IMG/VR virus record: IMGVR_UViG_3300020043_000479
Coordinates: 1-36,860 of that record
DNA length: 36,860 bases
From: a virus
Taxonomy: Duplodnaviria; Caudoviricetes
Reading direction: 5' to 3' (one strand)
Of the stretch, positions 16,382-26,421 are shown piece by piece. The position numbers and the translations under genes are program-made. How positions within the stretch are numbered: position 1 is the first letter of the stretch; every line of letters starts with the position of its first letter. Below the pieces are notes generated by a model. That model had not been told where the DNA came from, ran no database searches, and was given only the letters and a program-made list of their open reading frames with translations.

Positions 16382-16711
16382 ATGGCTACAAATACCAAAC
16401 CAGTCGGCGTTGCATACGAAGACCCACAGTTGGATGGCGCAATCATCGGTAAATCTGGCGGTACTGCTGGTTTTTACGGCACAACTCCTGTAACTCAAGG
16501 CGCTGCTTTGACTGCTCAGTTGACCACAATTACCAACACTGCCCCAGGTACTCCTGATTACGCAATTCAAGACTTGACACAGACTACCCCTTTCGGCTTT
16601 GTAACCAAAGATGAAGGTAACTCTGTTTTGGCTGTGATTGCTAACTTGCAAGCTCGTCTTGCTCAGGTTGAAGCACGCCTTGAAGCTGTCGGTTTGATTG
16701 CTTCTAACTAA
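16382..16711 (+). CDS. Putative head fibre/decoration protein
   Basis: GFYGTTPV motif, C-terminal coiled coil ending LEAVGLIA. Confidence 0.55.
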   Translation: MATNTKPVGVAYEDPQLDGAIIGKSGGTAGFYGTTPVTQGAALTAQLTTITNTAPGTPDYAIQDLTQTTPFGFVTKDEGNSVLAVIANLQARLAQVEARLEAVGLIASN

Positions 16712-16739
16712 AAAAGCGGGGGCTTCGGCTCCCGTTTCT
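16710..16739 (+). terminator. Terminator-like hairpin
   Basis: CGGGGGC-TTCG-GCTCCCG-TTTCT. Confidence 0.7.
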
Positions 16740-16749
16740 AAGGACATAA

Positions 16750-16938
16750 ATGCCAGTTATCTACATGAAACATGAACGTCATGGCGCTAAAGTGGCGAAC
16801 ATGGAAGAAGAAGCCGTTGCAGACGAGAAAAACGGTTGGGTGCGATATACTCTTGATACACCTTCTGAAGAAGAAGTGGCTCCCGTGAACGTGCTGGAAG
16901 TAAAGCGCCGAAAAAAATCTGCTGAAGTAATAGCATAA
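16750..16938 (+). CDS. Small hypothetical protein
   Basis: AAGGA SD, basic KRRKK tail; position before the adaptor gene. Confidence 0.65.
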   Translation: MPVIYMKHERHGAKVANMEEEAVADEKNGWVRYTLDTPSEEEVAPVNVLEVKRRKKSAEVIA

Positions 16939-16949
16939 GGAGCTTCGTC

Positions 16950-17663
16950 ATGGCTACATATACGGCTGGCGATCAAATTAATAGAGCATTGCGCTTGCTA
17001 GGTGTACTTGCTGAAGGTGAAACTCCTTCTGCTGCTATGTCGCAAGATGCCTTGATGTCCCTGAATCAGATGATTGATTCGTGGTCTACTGAGCGTTTAT
17101 CTGTATTTGCAACCCAAGATCAAGTCTTTACTTGGCCTTCTGGAGAGATTAGCCGCACACTTGGTCCAACTGGTGACTTCGTAGGCAATCGCCCAATCCT
17201 GATGGATGATGCAACGTATTTCAAAGCGCCAAATGGCGTGTCTTACGGCATCAAGTTCATCAACCAACAACAATATGATGGCATTGCCGTCAAAACAGTA
17301 ACGTCTAGCTACCCACAAGTGTGTTGGGTAAACATGGGCTTTCCTGACATTACTCTTACCGTATATCCACGACCTACCCAAGACTTGGAATGGCACATGG
17401 TTTCGGTGGAAGAACTGTCTCAGCCAGCCGCTTTAGATACTGCTTTGCATTTCCCGCCAGGCTACATGAGAGCCTTTGCCTACAACTTGGCAATGGAAAT
17501 CGCGCCTGAGTATGGCATTGAGCCACCACCACAAGTTCAGCGCATTGCAATGACTTCTAAGCGTGACTTGAAGCGCATCAACAATCCTGACGATGTGATG
17601 GCATTGCCTTACGCTTTGGTGGCTAACCGCCAACGATTCAACATCTACGCTGGTAACTACTAA
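16950..17663 (+). CDS. Head-tail adaptor (P22 gp4-like)
   Basis: TAGDQINRALRLLGV...DALMSLNQMIDSW...YNLAMEIAPEYG. Confidence 0.8.
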   Translation: MATYTAGDQINRALRLLGVLAEGETPSAAMSQDALMSLNQMIDSWSTERLSVFATQDQVFTWPSGEISRTLGPTGDFVGNRPILMDDATYFKAPNGVSYGIKFINQQQYDGIAVKTVTSSYPQVCWVNMGFPDITLTVYPRPTQDLEWHMVSVEELSQPAALDTALHFPPGYMRAFAYNLAMEIAPEYGIEPPPQVQRIAMTSKRDLKRINNPDDVMALPYALVANRQRFNIYAGNY

Positions 17664-19105
17664 TGGATTCCCCAATCCTTGGCTCATGCTATGTGGCTCG
17701 TAGCGTCAATGCTGCGGATAACCGCATGGTCAACTTGTATCCAGAAATTGTGCCTGAAGGTGGCAAAACAGCCGCCTTCTTGTCTCGTTGCCCAGGGTTG
17801 CTACGAAAATCTACGGTTGGCACAGGCCCAATTCGTGGTATGTGGCAAATTAAAGGTGCAATGTACGCTGTTTCAGGCACTGGTTTCTACAAGGTAGAAG
17901 TCTATGGTCGTACACGGTTAAAAGGCACTTTGGTTGGAACCGTTACTGGAACTGGCCCTGTGTCTATGTCTGACAACGGCACACAGATTTTCATTGCTTG
18001 CAACCCTGACGGATTTATCTACAACACCGATACTGAGGTGTTTGCCCAGATTACCGACCCAGACTTCCCAGGCGCGGTGACCGTAGGCTATCTTGACGGC
18101 TATTTTGTGTTCAACGAGCCAAATAGCTCTCGCGTATGGGTAACATCTTTGTTGGATGGCCTGTCTATTGATCCATTGGACTTTGCAAGTGCTGAAGGCG
18201 ACCCAGATGGGTTGATTTCTTTGATTGTTGACCATCGTGAAGCATGGTTGTTTGGCACTAACTCCATTGAAGTTTGGTATGACGCTGGTTTGCCTGACTT
18301 CCCGTTACAACGCATTCAAGGTGCTTTTAACGAAATTGGTTGTGCTGCCCCTTACTCTGTTGCCAAGTTGGACAACGGCATCTTTTGGCTAGGCTCTGAT
18401 GCCCGTGGGCGTGGCATTGTTTATCGTGCCAATGGCTACACAGGTCAGCGTGTGTCTACTCATGCCATTGAGTGGCAAATTCAAGAGTATGGTGACATCT
18501 CTGACGCTATTGGATACACCTACCAACAAGACGGTCATGCCTTTTATGTGCTGATTTTCCCAACTGCCCAAACAACTTGGGTTTACGATGTGGCAACTCA
18601 AGCATGGCATGAACGCGCTGGTTGGGATAATGGTGAGTTTGTGCGTCACCGTTCAAATTGTCAGGTTGTGTTCAACAACGAGGTGCTTGTTGGCGATTTT
18701 GAGAATGGAAACATTTACGCTTATGACCTAAACGTCTATGAAGACAATGGTGATATTCAAAAGTGGCTTCGTTCTTGGAGAGCTTTGCCAACAGGCACAA
18801 ACGACTTGAAACGATCAACTCAACACAGCCTTCAGATTGATTGCCAAGCAGGGGTTGGTACTAACACAGGTCAAGGTAGCGATCCACAACTAATGTTGCG
18901 CTGGTCTGATGATGGTGGACATACGTGGTCTAACGAGCATTGGATGTCTATGGGCAAAGTGGGTCAATACTTCTATCGTGCTATTCAGCGCCGAATGGGT
19001 ATGACCTTAAAGTTGCGTGACCGTGTTTATGAGATTTCAGGAACAGACCCTGTGAAGATAGCTATCATGGGCGCTCAATTGAACGTGACAGCTACCAATG
19101 CCTGA
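17663..19105 (+). CDS. Tail hub / DNA stabilization protein (P22 gp10-like)
   Basis: FASAEGDPD, LFGTNSIEVW, LRWSDDGGHTWS. Confidence 0.9.
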   Translation: MDSPILGSCYVARSVNAADNRMVNLYPEIVPEGGKTAAFLSRCPGLLRKSTVGTGPIRGMWQIKGAMYAVSGTGFYKVEVYGRTRLKGTLVGTVTGTGPVSMSDNGTQIFIACNPDGFIYNTDTEVFAQITDPDFPGAVTVGYLDGYFVFNEPNSSRVWVTSLLDGLSIDPLDFASAEGDPDGLISLIVDHREAWLFGTNSIEVWYDAGLPDFPLQRIQGAFNEIGCAAPYSVAKLDNGIFWLGSDARGRGIVYRANGYTGQRVSTHAIEWQIQEYGDISDAIGYTYQQDGHAFYVLIFPTAQTTWVYDVATQAWHERAGWDNGEFVRHRSNCQVVFNNEVLVGDFENGNIYAYDLNVYEDNGDIQKWLRSWRALPTGTNDLKRSTQHSLQIDCQAGVGTNTGQGSDPQLMLRWSDDGGHTWSNEHWMSMGKVGQYFYRAIQRRMGMTLKLRDRVYEISGTDPVKIAIMGAQLNVTATNA

Positions 19106-21347
19106 TCCACAACAAAACATAACCAATATCCCGTCAAACCGTGTAGAGTTTATTGACTCGCGCACAGGCTTAGTCTCGCGTGAATGGTATCGGTTTTTCT
19201 TAAACCTGTTTAACCTAGCAGGCGCTGGCGGTAACCAAACATCGCTAGATGACTTGCAAGTTGGACCACCTCCACAACCTGATTCGGGCTCTAGCGGTGG
19301 CGGAACAGGCACAGTGACATCCGTTGCAATGTCCGTGCCTACGGGATTAAGCGTTGCGGGCAGCCCCATCACCACTAGCGGCACGTTCGCTGTGTCCTAC
19401 GCTGCTGGCTATGCTATCCCAACGACAGCCAAGCAGACTGAGTGGGACACCGCTTACACAGACCGTCTCAAATGGGATGGCGCCGCAACGGACTTGGTGG
19501 CGGCTACTGGTCGCACATCGCTTGGAGCGACTACGGTTGGCGGCAACTTCTTCACGCTGCCTGACCCCAGCGCAATCACATTCGTTCAGATCAACGCTGA
19601 CAACACCATCACCACGATGGATGCGCCCACGTTCCGTACAGCCATCGGTGCTGGTACTGGTGCTGGCTCGGTCACATCTGTGGACACTGCTGGTACGGTT
19701 AACGGCTTGACCCTGACAGGCGGTCCGATCACGACATCAGGCACGATCACGCTTGGTGGTACGCTGGATTTGTCGTCACCACCCACGATTGGCAACACGA
19801 CGCCAAACACTGGCACTTTTACCACGCTGATCGGTGGTGCAGATCAGGTTAACTACGGTCAGCTTACAGGTGGCGCTACAACCAAAGCTGTTGAGTTTAA
19901 GTCCCTAGGATCAGACACCAACGTAGCTTTAGCACTTCGTACCCAAGGCACAGGAGCCATTGACCTAGCTGCTGGTAGCCGAGGAGTGAACATCTCCAAT
20001 GGTGGGACTGTTACTGCTATTACTAGGACTGCTGCTGGTAGTGGTTACACAAGTTTCCCAACATGGACAGCTTCAGCACCGACAACTGCTGGAGGCTCAA
20101 CAGCAAGCGGGGTTCCTGCAAGCATGACTGCTAGTGGGTACACAGTTGCTTCTGGTGGAACTGGTTATACAGTTGGTAACGTTCTTACTGTCACAGGTGG
20201 CACAGGCGGTAATTGCACATTGACGGTTACAGCTGTTTCTGCTGGTGCAGTAACTACTGCGACTCTTGCAACAACGCTTTCATATACAGCTTTACCTACC
20301 AACCCCGTGTCCGTCACTGGTGGTACAGGTTCTGGAGCAACATTCAATCTGTCATACGGAATTGGTAACAGTTTTAACATCACCAACGCAGGTTCAGGCT
20401 ACGTAGAACAACCCACAGTGAGTTTCTCAGGTGGTGGTGGCTCTGGTGCTGCTGCTTATGCTACTGTTGGCTCGGGGACTGTTGTTAAAAGCATTGGCTC
20501 TACGATGTCTTTTAGTACGGCTGGTGGTGAGGCGCTACGAATTACCGATAACGGTTCTGCAACATCGTATTTAAATATTTTTGCTGGTGGCGCAACAAAC
20601 ATTCTTGAAAGTAATGGCAGTCCAACAAACATTTCAACCCAGTACAGAACAAAAGGTACTGGTGCTCATCAGTTTAATACTGGCGGTACGTTTACCAATA
20701 CACAATTCAACGTAGCCCACACAGCCTCAGCTGTGAACTACGTGCAGGTTACTGGGGCTGTTACTAGTGGACAACCCACAATATCTGCTCAAGGAAGCGA
20801 TGCGAATATTCGTTTAACTTTTGCAAGCAAGGGTAGTGAAGGTTTTCAATTTACAGCGGCAGGTTCTCGACAGTTCTTTATTTCAGCTCAAACATCTGCC
20901 GTAAACTATTTACAAATTGTTGGCTCACAAGCTAGTGCTTCACCTGTTCTATCAGCCCAAGGCACAGACACAAACATAGACCTAACCCTGACACCAAAGG
21001 GAACAGGTGTCGTGCGTACATCGGGTACAGGCATTCGTCTGTACGGCAGTAGCTCTGGCTACGTTGGTCTGACGGGCGCTGCGGCTGCTGGCTCTACAAC
21101 CTACACGCTCCCTGCTGCTGACGGTACGACAGGCCAGATGCTCTCAACCAACGGCTCGGGCACACTGTCATGGGCTACTGGTGGCGGTAGCAACATCACG
21201 GCTCAGGGTTTGTGGGAAAATAACAAGACTATCTCATCTAACTATTCGGTCACTTCGGGCAACAACGCGCTGTCAGCAGGGCCGATCACTGTTGCATCTG
21301 GTGTCGTAGTTACTGTACCATCTGGTTCAGTCTGGACCATCGTCTAA
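19098..21347 (+). CDS. Tail needle/fibre protein
   Basis: SREWYRFF N-terminus at the gp26 position; GTVTSV repeats; internal ~40-aa repeats; Gly/Thr-rich. Confidence 0.8.
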   Translation: MPDPQQNITNIPSNRVEFIDSRTGLVSREWYRFFLNLFNLAGAGGNQTSLDDLQVGPPPQPDSGSSGGGTGTVTSVAMSVPTGLSVAGSPITTSGTFAVSYAAGYAIPTTAKQTEWDTAYTDRLKWDGAATDLVAATGRTSLGATTVGGNFFTLPDPSAITFVQINADNTITTMDAPTFRTAIGAGTGAGSVTSVDTAGTVNGLTLTGGPITTSGTITLGGTLDLSSPPTIGNTTPNTGTFTTLIGGADQVNYGQLTGGATTKAVEFKSLGSDTNVALALRTQGTGAIDLAAGSRGVNISNGGTVTAITRTAAGSGYTSFPTWTASAPTTAGGSTASGVPASMTASGYTVASGGTGYTVGNVLTVTGGTGGNCTLTVTAVSAGAVTTATLATTLSYTALPTNPVSVTGGTGSGATFNLSYGIGNSFNITNAGSGYVEQPTVSFSGGGGSGAAAYATVGSGTVVKSIGSTMSFSTAGGEALRITDNGSATSYLNIFAGGATNILESNGSPTNISTQYRTKGTGAHQFNTGGTFTNTQFNVAHTASAVNYVQVTGAVTSGQPTISAQGSDANIRLTFASKGSEGFQFTAAGSRQFFISAQTSAVNYLQIVGSQASASPVLSAQGTDTNIDLTLTPKGTGVVRTSGTGIRLYGSSSGYVGLTGAAAAGSTTYTLPAADGTTGQMLSTNGSGTLSWATGGGSNITAQGLWENNKTISSNYSVTSGNNALSAGPITVASGVVVTVPSGSVWTIV

Positions 21348-21355
21348 GGAATATC

Positions 21356-21625
21356 ATGGCATTACTCAAATCAGTTGACACAGACTTTGGCATCCCCGCC
21401 CAGTATTGGAACATCGGGGCAGTGCAAGAAGACTTCAAAGGTCAAGGCACTGAGGTGACCTTTTACGGCTACGCTTCCAAAGAAGCCCGTGATGCTGGTA
21501 AACAACCTCTTTCAGCAGGTAAGGTACAGATCTCTGGTGACGAGTACGTTGCAGGTGCTGATCGTCAAGCCTTGTACGCAATCATTAAGCTCAAGCCTGA
21601 GTTTGAAGGTGCGGAGGATGCATGA
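21356..21625 (+). CDS. Hypothetical (possible fibre-associated/chaperone) protein
   Basis: Follows fibre gene; AAGGA SD. Confidence 0.6.
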   Translation: MALLKSVDTDFGIPAQYWNIGAVQEDFKGQGTEVTFYGYASKEARDAGKQPLSAGKVQISGDEYVAGADRQALYAIIKLKPEFEGAEDA

Positions 21626-21963
21626 CAGTAACCGCAAAGAACCTTGTCCCCGCTAAGTTTGTTGAAGACTCGCAAACAACTCAATACATTGTTGCCAGCA
21701 ACATTGTGGCTACGATCATTGATAAGTTCACAGCTACTAACATTAGTGGTTCAAGCGCTACGATTAGCGTAAACATTGTCACAGGCTCTGATACCGCTGG
21801 CGACCAAAACTTGATCACCAAGACCAAAAGCCTTGCTGCGTCTGAGGTCTACACATTCCCTGAGATTGTTGGACAAATCTTGCCAAACAGCGCGTTTATT
21901 TCAACGATTGCTAGTGCGGCAGACTCAATCAATATGCGCGTTAGCGGTAGGGAGATTTCGTGA
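21622..21963 (+). CDS. Hypothetical virion protein
   Basis: Beta-rich, TIIDKFTATN...SGREI. Confidence 0.65.
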   Translation: MTVTAKNLVPAKFVEDSQTTQYIVASNIVATIIDKFTATNISGSSATISVNIVTGSDTAGDQNLITKTKSLAASEVYTFPEIVGQILPNSAFISTIASAADSINMRVSGREIS

Positions 21964-22427
21964 GCGAGATAGCTGAAGTTATCATTCCTTCAATTGAGCA
22001 AATTGAGCGGCTTCAACATGAAGTTATGCTTATGCCTCAAGTTGAGCCTGTTACAGATCATTATTTTTCTGGTGGAATGTACTGCCGTAAAGTTTGGAGA
22101 CCAGCAAATACCTTGGTAATTGGCAAAATTCACAAGCAAGACCACTTCTTTATTTGCGTAAAAGGTGAAATAATAGCGTGGAGCGAGAATGGAATGCGTC
22201 ATCTTAAAGAAGGTGATGTAATTGAATCTAAATCTGGTACAAAAAGAGTTACATTTGCGCTTACGGATGCTATTGGCATGACAGTGCATAAGACAGATAA
22301 AATTGATTTAGATGAAATTGAAGCAGAACTGATTGAGCCTTGTGAAATGTCGTTTTTTGACGCATACAACAAGATCAAACCAGATTTGATTGCGCGTCAA
22401 GCAGCGTTGGCGCTAAAAGGAGAATAG
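21960..22427 (+). CDS. Cupin-fold hypothetical protein
   Basis: HYFSGGMYCR...GKIHKQDHF...KG...GTKR; GTG start. Confidence 0.6.
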   Translation: MSEIAEVIIPSIEQIERLQHEVMLMPQVEPVTDHYFSGGMYCRKVWRPANTLVIGKIHKQDHFFICVKGEIIAWSENGMRHLKEGDVIESKSGTKRVTFALTDAIGMTVHKTDKIDLDEIEAELIEPCEMSFFDAYNKIKPDLIARQAALALKGE

Positions 22428-22429
22428 AT

Positions 22430-23113
22430 ATGTCATGGTGGGTAGCAGGCGCGACAGTAGTTAGCGGGATTATGGGTTCAAACGCGGCAGGCAATGCTGC
22501 GGAAACATCGGCTAACGCATCGGCGGCATCAACTGCCGCGCAAGAGCGAATGTTTGCCAAACAAACTGAGCTTCAAGAGCCATTCCGACAAGCTGGACTA
22601 ACAAGTCAAAACCGTTTAATGGAATTGCTTGGAATTGGTGGAAACGCAGGCGCAGCTGGTTACGGAAAATATGCCCGTGACTTTGGAATGTCTGATTTTG
22701 AAGCAGACCCAGGCTACGCATTCCGATTGTCTGAAGGTGAAAAAGCCTTAGAGCGTAGTGCCGCTGCGCGTGGTGGTTTGTTGTCTGGTGGAACTGGTAA
22801 AGCATTGGCTAGATTTGGTCAAGACTATGGTTCCAACGAATACACCAATGCGTTTAACCGCTATCAAACTAATCGTTCAAATCAGTTAAATCCATTGCAA
22901 TCTTTAACTGGTGCAGGCCAATCATCAACAAACACATTGACTAATGCGGCTGGTAATCTTGGAGCTGCTGAAGCGGCTAACATTACTAATGCTGGTAATG
23001 CTAGAGCATCTAGCTACATTGGACAGGCTAATGCGCTAAACCAAGGTTTAACTAGCTATATTGGCTATCAACAAAACAAAGCGCTTATTGACCGCTTACC
23101 AGTACGAGGATGA
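22430..23113 (+). CDS. DNA ejection protein (P22 gp7-like)
   Basis: Ala/Gly-rich N-terminus, DPGYAFRL.EG...SAAARGGLLSG. Confidence 0.8.
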   Translation: MSWWVAGATVVSGIMGSNAAGNAAETSANASAASTAAQERMFAKQTELQEPFRQAGLTSQNRLMELLGIGGNAGAAGYGKYARDFGMSDFEADPGYAFRLSEGEKALERSAAARGGLLSGGTGKALARFGQDYGSNEYTNAFNRYQTNRSNQLNPLQSLTGAGQSSTNTLTNAAGNLGAAEAANITNAGNARASSYIGQANALNQGLTSYIGYQQNKALIDRLPVRG

Positions 23114-23114
23114 T

Positions 23115-24545
23115 ATGCCAATTGATCAAATGATTGCTGGTGGTGTCCAGCCAGTTCAGATACCAAATCAACTTGCAAATTATGCTCAGTTCGCTCAACT
23201 GCAAAAGTACACGCAAGACGTTGACAATGAAGCACGATTAAATAATGCTTATGCAAATTCACTAAGCCCTACTGGTGAAGTTGACCAAACTTTGCTACGT
23301 CAAAACTTGATTGGTGCAAAACTTGGCTCTAAGTTGCCTGCCGTTGAAAAAGGCTTGTTAGAAACTCGCAAGGCAAAAGCAGATTTAGGGAAGACTGAAC
23401 TTGAGTTGCGTCTAGCAAAAGCCGATCAAGCAATTAAAGACATTGCTCGTTTTAATACCCGTGAGGAGATTCTTGCAGATTTACAACGTAACGTAGATGC
23501 AGGAAACATTGACTCTGTTAAAGCTCAACAAATTGCAACATCTGTTCCTCAAGATTCAACAAAGATTCCCGCATGGCAACTTCAAACCATGCGTGGCATT
23601 TTGAGCGCCAAAGATCAACTTGAACAGCAATTTACACCGCAAAATTATGGTGGTGGCACTCGCGTGATTGCTACGCCTAAATACGGTGGTGGACCTGCTG
23701 TTGTTGTGCAAGGTTCGGACATTAAGAATACTGCAACTATTTCTGACCAATTGGCGCGTGAAAAGTTTAATTGGGAAAAAGCCAACCCTGGCTTTGAACT
23801 CAAAGAAGCTGAGAATGGTGACATTGTTGGCGTGAACAAGCGCACATTAGAAGCATTCCCCGTAACAATGGGTAGATCGGCTCCTACGGCTACTAGCCCA
23901 AGGATTCCTACAGCGGCAGTTACTCCTGCGGCTGCACAAACAATTCCTGGCATGAATAGCGTGGTTGATCAACCTGTTGCTACGCCAGCCGCTGCTCCTA
24001 CTACCTTGAAAGGTAAAGGCACAGCGCTTACTGAATCGCAAGGAAATGCCACTGGTTTTGGCATGAGAGCTTTTGAATCCAATAGGCTTTTGAGCGATTT
24101 GGAGAGCAAAGGCACTGTAAGCGGTGGTCGTATCAAAGGGCTTGTTGAAGGCACATTGAACGCATTGGTTCCTTACCAAGGCGAAAAGTTGGCTGCTGGT
24201 GCTGGTAACGTGATGAATGTGTTGCCAGGCGTGTTGGGTGGTCCTAACGATCAACAACAACAATACCAACAAGCAAAAATGAACTTCATTACTGCTGTGT
24301 TGCGTAAGGAATCTGGCGCTTCTATTGCTCCTGCTGAATTTGAAACAGAAGATAAAAAGTATTTCCCGCAACCTGGCGAATCTGAGAAAACAATTCTTCA
24401 GAAACAACGGGCGCGTGAAATGGCTGTTGAGGCTTTGAAGATCATGGCAGGTCCAGGCGCTAAGAACATTGGTGCGGGTGGTGGCATGGGCGGTGGCGCA
24501 CCATCTAGCAATGACCCACTTGGTTTGCTTAAACCCAAAGGTTAA
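23115..24545 (+). CDS. DNA ejection protein (gp20 position)
   Basis: Helical Gln/Ala-rich; FITAVLRKESGASI motif; ATG 23115 after GAGG. Confidence 0.65.
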   Translation: MPIDQMIAGGVQPVQIPNQLANYAQFAQLQKYTQDVDNEARLNNAYANSLSPTGEVDQTLLRQNLIGAKLGSKLPAVEKGLLETRKAKADLGKTELELRLAKADQAIKDIARFNTREEILADLQRNVDAGNIDSVKAQQIATSVPQDSTKIPAWQLQTMRGILSAKDQLEQQFTPQNYGGGTRVIATPKYGGGPAVVVQGSDIKNTATISDQLAREKFNWEKANPGFELKEAENGDIVGVNKRTLEAFPVTMGRSAPTATSPRIPTAAVTPAAAQTIPGMNSVVDQPVATPAAAPTTLKGKGTALTESQGNATGFGMRAFESNRLLSDLESKGTVSGGRIKGLVEGTLNALVPYQGEKLAAGAGNVMNVLPGVLGGPNDQQQQYQQAKMNFITAVLRKESGASIAPAEFETEDKKYFPQPGESEKTILQKQRAREMAVEALKIMAGPGAKNIGAGGGMGGGAPSSNDPLGLLKPKG

Positions 24546-24547
24546 AC

Positions 24548-26404
24548 ATGGCAACGCTTGTTGAGTTTCGCGCTCAGTATCCTCAATACAACGATGTGCC
24601 AGATTTGGCGCTGGCTAACTCTTTGCATGAAAAGTTTTATGCAGATATGCCAAAGGCAGACTTTTTTAAGACTGTTGCGCTAAATCCTGCTGCCTTTATT
24701 CCTGATAACGAAAAGATGATTACTCTGCCTAAAACAGAGCCATCAATGCAAGATCGTGTCATGGGAGTTATTGAGACTCCAGCCATCATTGCGGGTAATG
24801 TTGGTAGTGCTATTGCTACGCCAATTGCTCGTATGTTTGGTGAAGCTAAAGCAGGCTACGGAACGCCACAAGGTAAAGTTGCTGGTCAACAAGCTGCACA
24901 GACTGTTAGCCAACAGTTCTATCAGCCTCGCACAGAAACTGGTCAAGAGATTGTGCAAACAGTTGGCAATGTTTTGGGTGCTGTACCACCTACACCATTG
25001 TCAAGCGCAGGAACGGCATTAAGCACATTGTCTGGCCCTGCGGCTAATCAATTGCGTTCTATCGTTGTTCCTGCTACACGCCAAGCCGTAGCGCCAGCCG
25101 CTAATGCTTTGGCTAATGTGGTGCGCCGAGAAGAAGCTCCTGCAATGCAAGGCATGGGTGCTGCTCAGACATCTGATCAACTCATGCGTGAAGAACGCCT
25201 ACAACGTCTTAACATTCCTGCTACTGCGGGTGAGCGCAACAAGTCTCTTGCTCAACAGCAATTTGAGGCTGATGTTGCCCGTGGCGCAGTTGCTGGCATT
25301 TCTGAAGAAGAAAAGACAAAGTTGGCTGAAAGAATGCGTGTCTTTAAGGCTAACCAAAAGCAAGCCATTACCAACAACTTTGAGCGCATGACTCAAGAAG
25401 TTGGCGCTGAAGTGGCTGATCCTACTCAGGCTCGTCAAGTTGGTCGTATTGTGGACAAAGCATTGAATGATGCTTACACCAAGAAATATGATGAATACAA
25501 GGCGCTTTACAAGCAAGCTGATGAATCAGGTGAAACATTACAACCTGTGTCGTATCAGCCATTGTTGGACATAATTAACAGCAAGACAGCAACAATGCGT
25601 CAGAAACTAGACCCAATTCTAGATTCTGTGGCTGAATCGTTGGCTATGAACGATCCTGAGAAAACAGGAAACATCACTGTTCGTGCTTTGGAAGACATCT
25701 ACCAACAGATTAACAAAGTCAAAGATTCCCCTAACGCTGGTGAGTTGAAGAAAACAATCACGGCAATGGGTGAAGGCGCGGGTGGTGAGATGTATCAAGC
25801 CGCTCGTACAGCTAGAGCGCAGTTGGCTAAAGAGTTTGAAGATGTGTCTCGCGTTGACAAATTGCTAGGCACTAAGGCTGGTTACAAAGACCGCCGAGTT
25901 GCTTTAGATGATGTGTTCAAGCACGTTGTTCTAGATGGCTCTTTGGAAGAAATGAGAACTGTCACCCAACTCTTGAAAAAGAGTGGTCCTGAAGGTCGCC
26001 AAGCCTACGCTGAGTTGCAAGGGCAGACTATCCAACACATGAAGGAATTGCTCACTAAAGGTGATCAGTTGTCTTACAGAAACCTGAACACTCTGATTAC
26101 TCAGTTGGATTCAGAAGACAAACTTGCCTATATGTTTGGCAAGACAGGTCGTGACCAAGTCATGGATTTGCGTGATGCAATCAAGGATGTGGTGGTCAAA
26201 GAGCCTGGTGCGGTGAACTATCCCAACACGGCTGGTGCTGTTCTGCGAGGCTTAGAAACATTAGAATCTATGCGTGTTCCAGTTGCCAAAACAGCGGCTG
26301 AATTTGCAAGAACGCGCCAAGTGCGTGGCAAGGTAGAAGAAGCCTTAAAGCAACCAAACAAGTTGGCTCCTGCTCAAAGTTCTAAAAATTCTCTTGCCCC
26401 ATAA
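24548..26404 (+). CDS. DNA ejection protein (gp16 position)
   Basis: FRAQYPQYND N-terminus, helical, NYPNTA motif near C-terminus; synteny. Confidence 0.65.
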   Translation: MATLVEFRAQYPQYNDVPDLALANSLHEKFYADMPKADFFKTVALNPAAFIPDNEKMITLPKTEPSMQDRVMGVIETPAIIAGNVGSAIATPIARMFGEAKAGYGTPQGKVAGQQAAQTVSQQFYQPRTETGQEIVQTVGNVLGAVPPTPLSSAGTALSTLSGPAANQLRSIVVPATRQAVAPAANALANVVRREEAPAMQGMGAAQTSDQLMREERLQRLNIPATAGERNKSLAQQQFEADVARGAVAGISEEEKTKLAERMRVFKANQKQAITNNFERMTQEVGAEVADPTQARQVGRIVDKALNDAYTKKYDEYKALYKQADESGETLQPVSYQPLLDIINSKTATMRQKLDPILDSVAESLAMNDPEKTGNITVRALEDIYQQINKVKDSPNAGELKKTITAMGEGAGGEMYQAARTARAQLAKEFEDVSRVDKLLGTKAGYKDRRVALDDVFKHVVLDGSLEEMRTVTQLLKKSGPEGRQAYAELQGQTIQHMKELLTKGDQLSYRNLNTLITQLDSEDKLAYMFGKTGRDQVMDLRDAIKDVVVKEPGAVNYPNTAGAVLRGLETLESMRVPVAKTAAEFARTRQVRGKVEEALKQPNKLAPAQSSKNSLAP

Positions 26405-26421
26405 TGTCTCAAGGATAAAAG

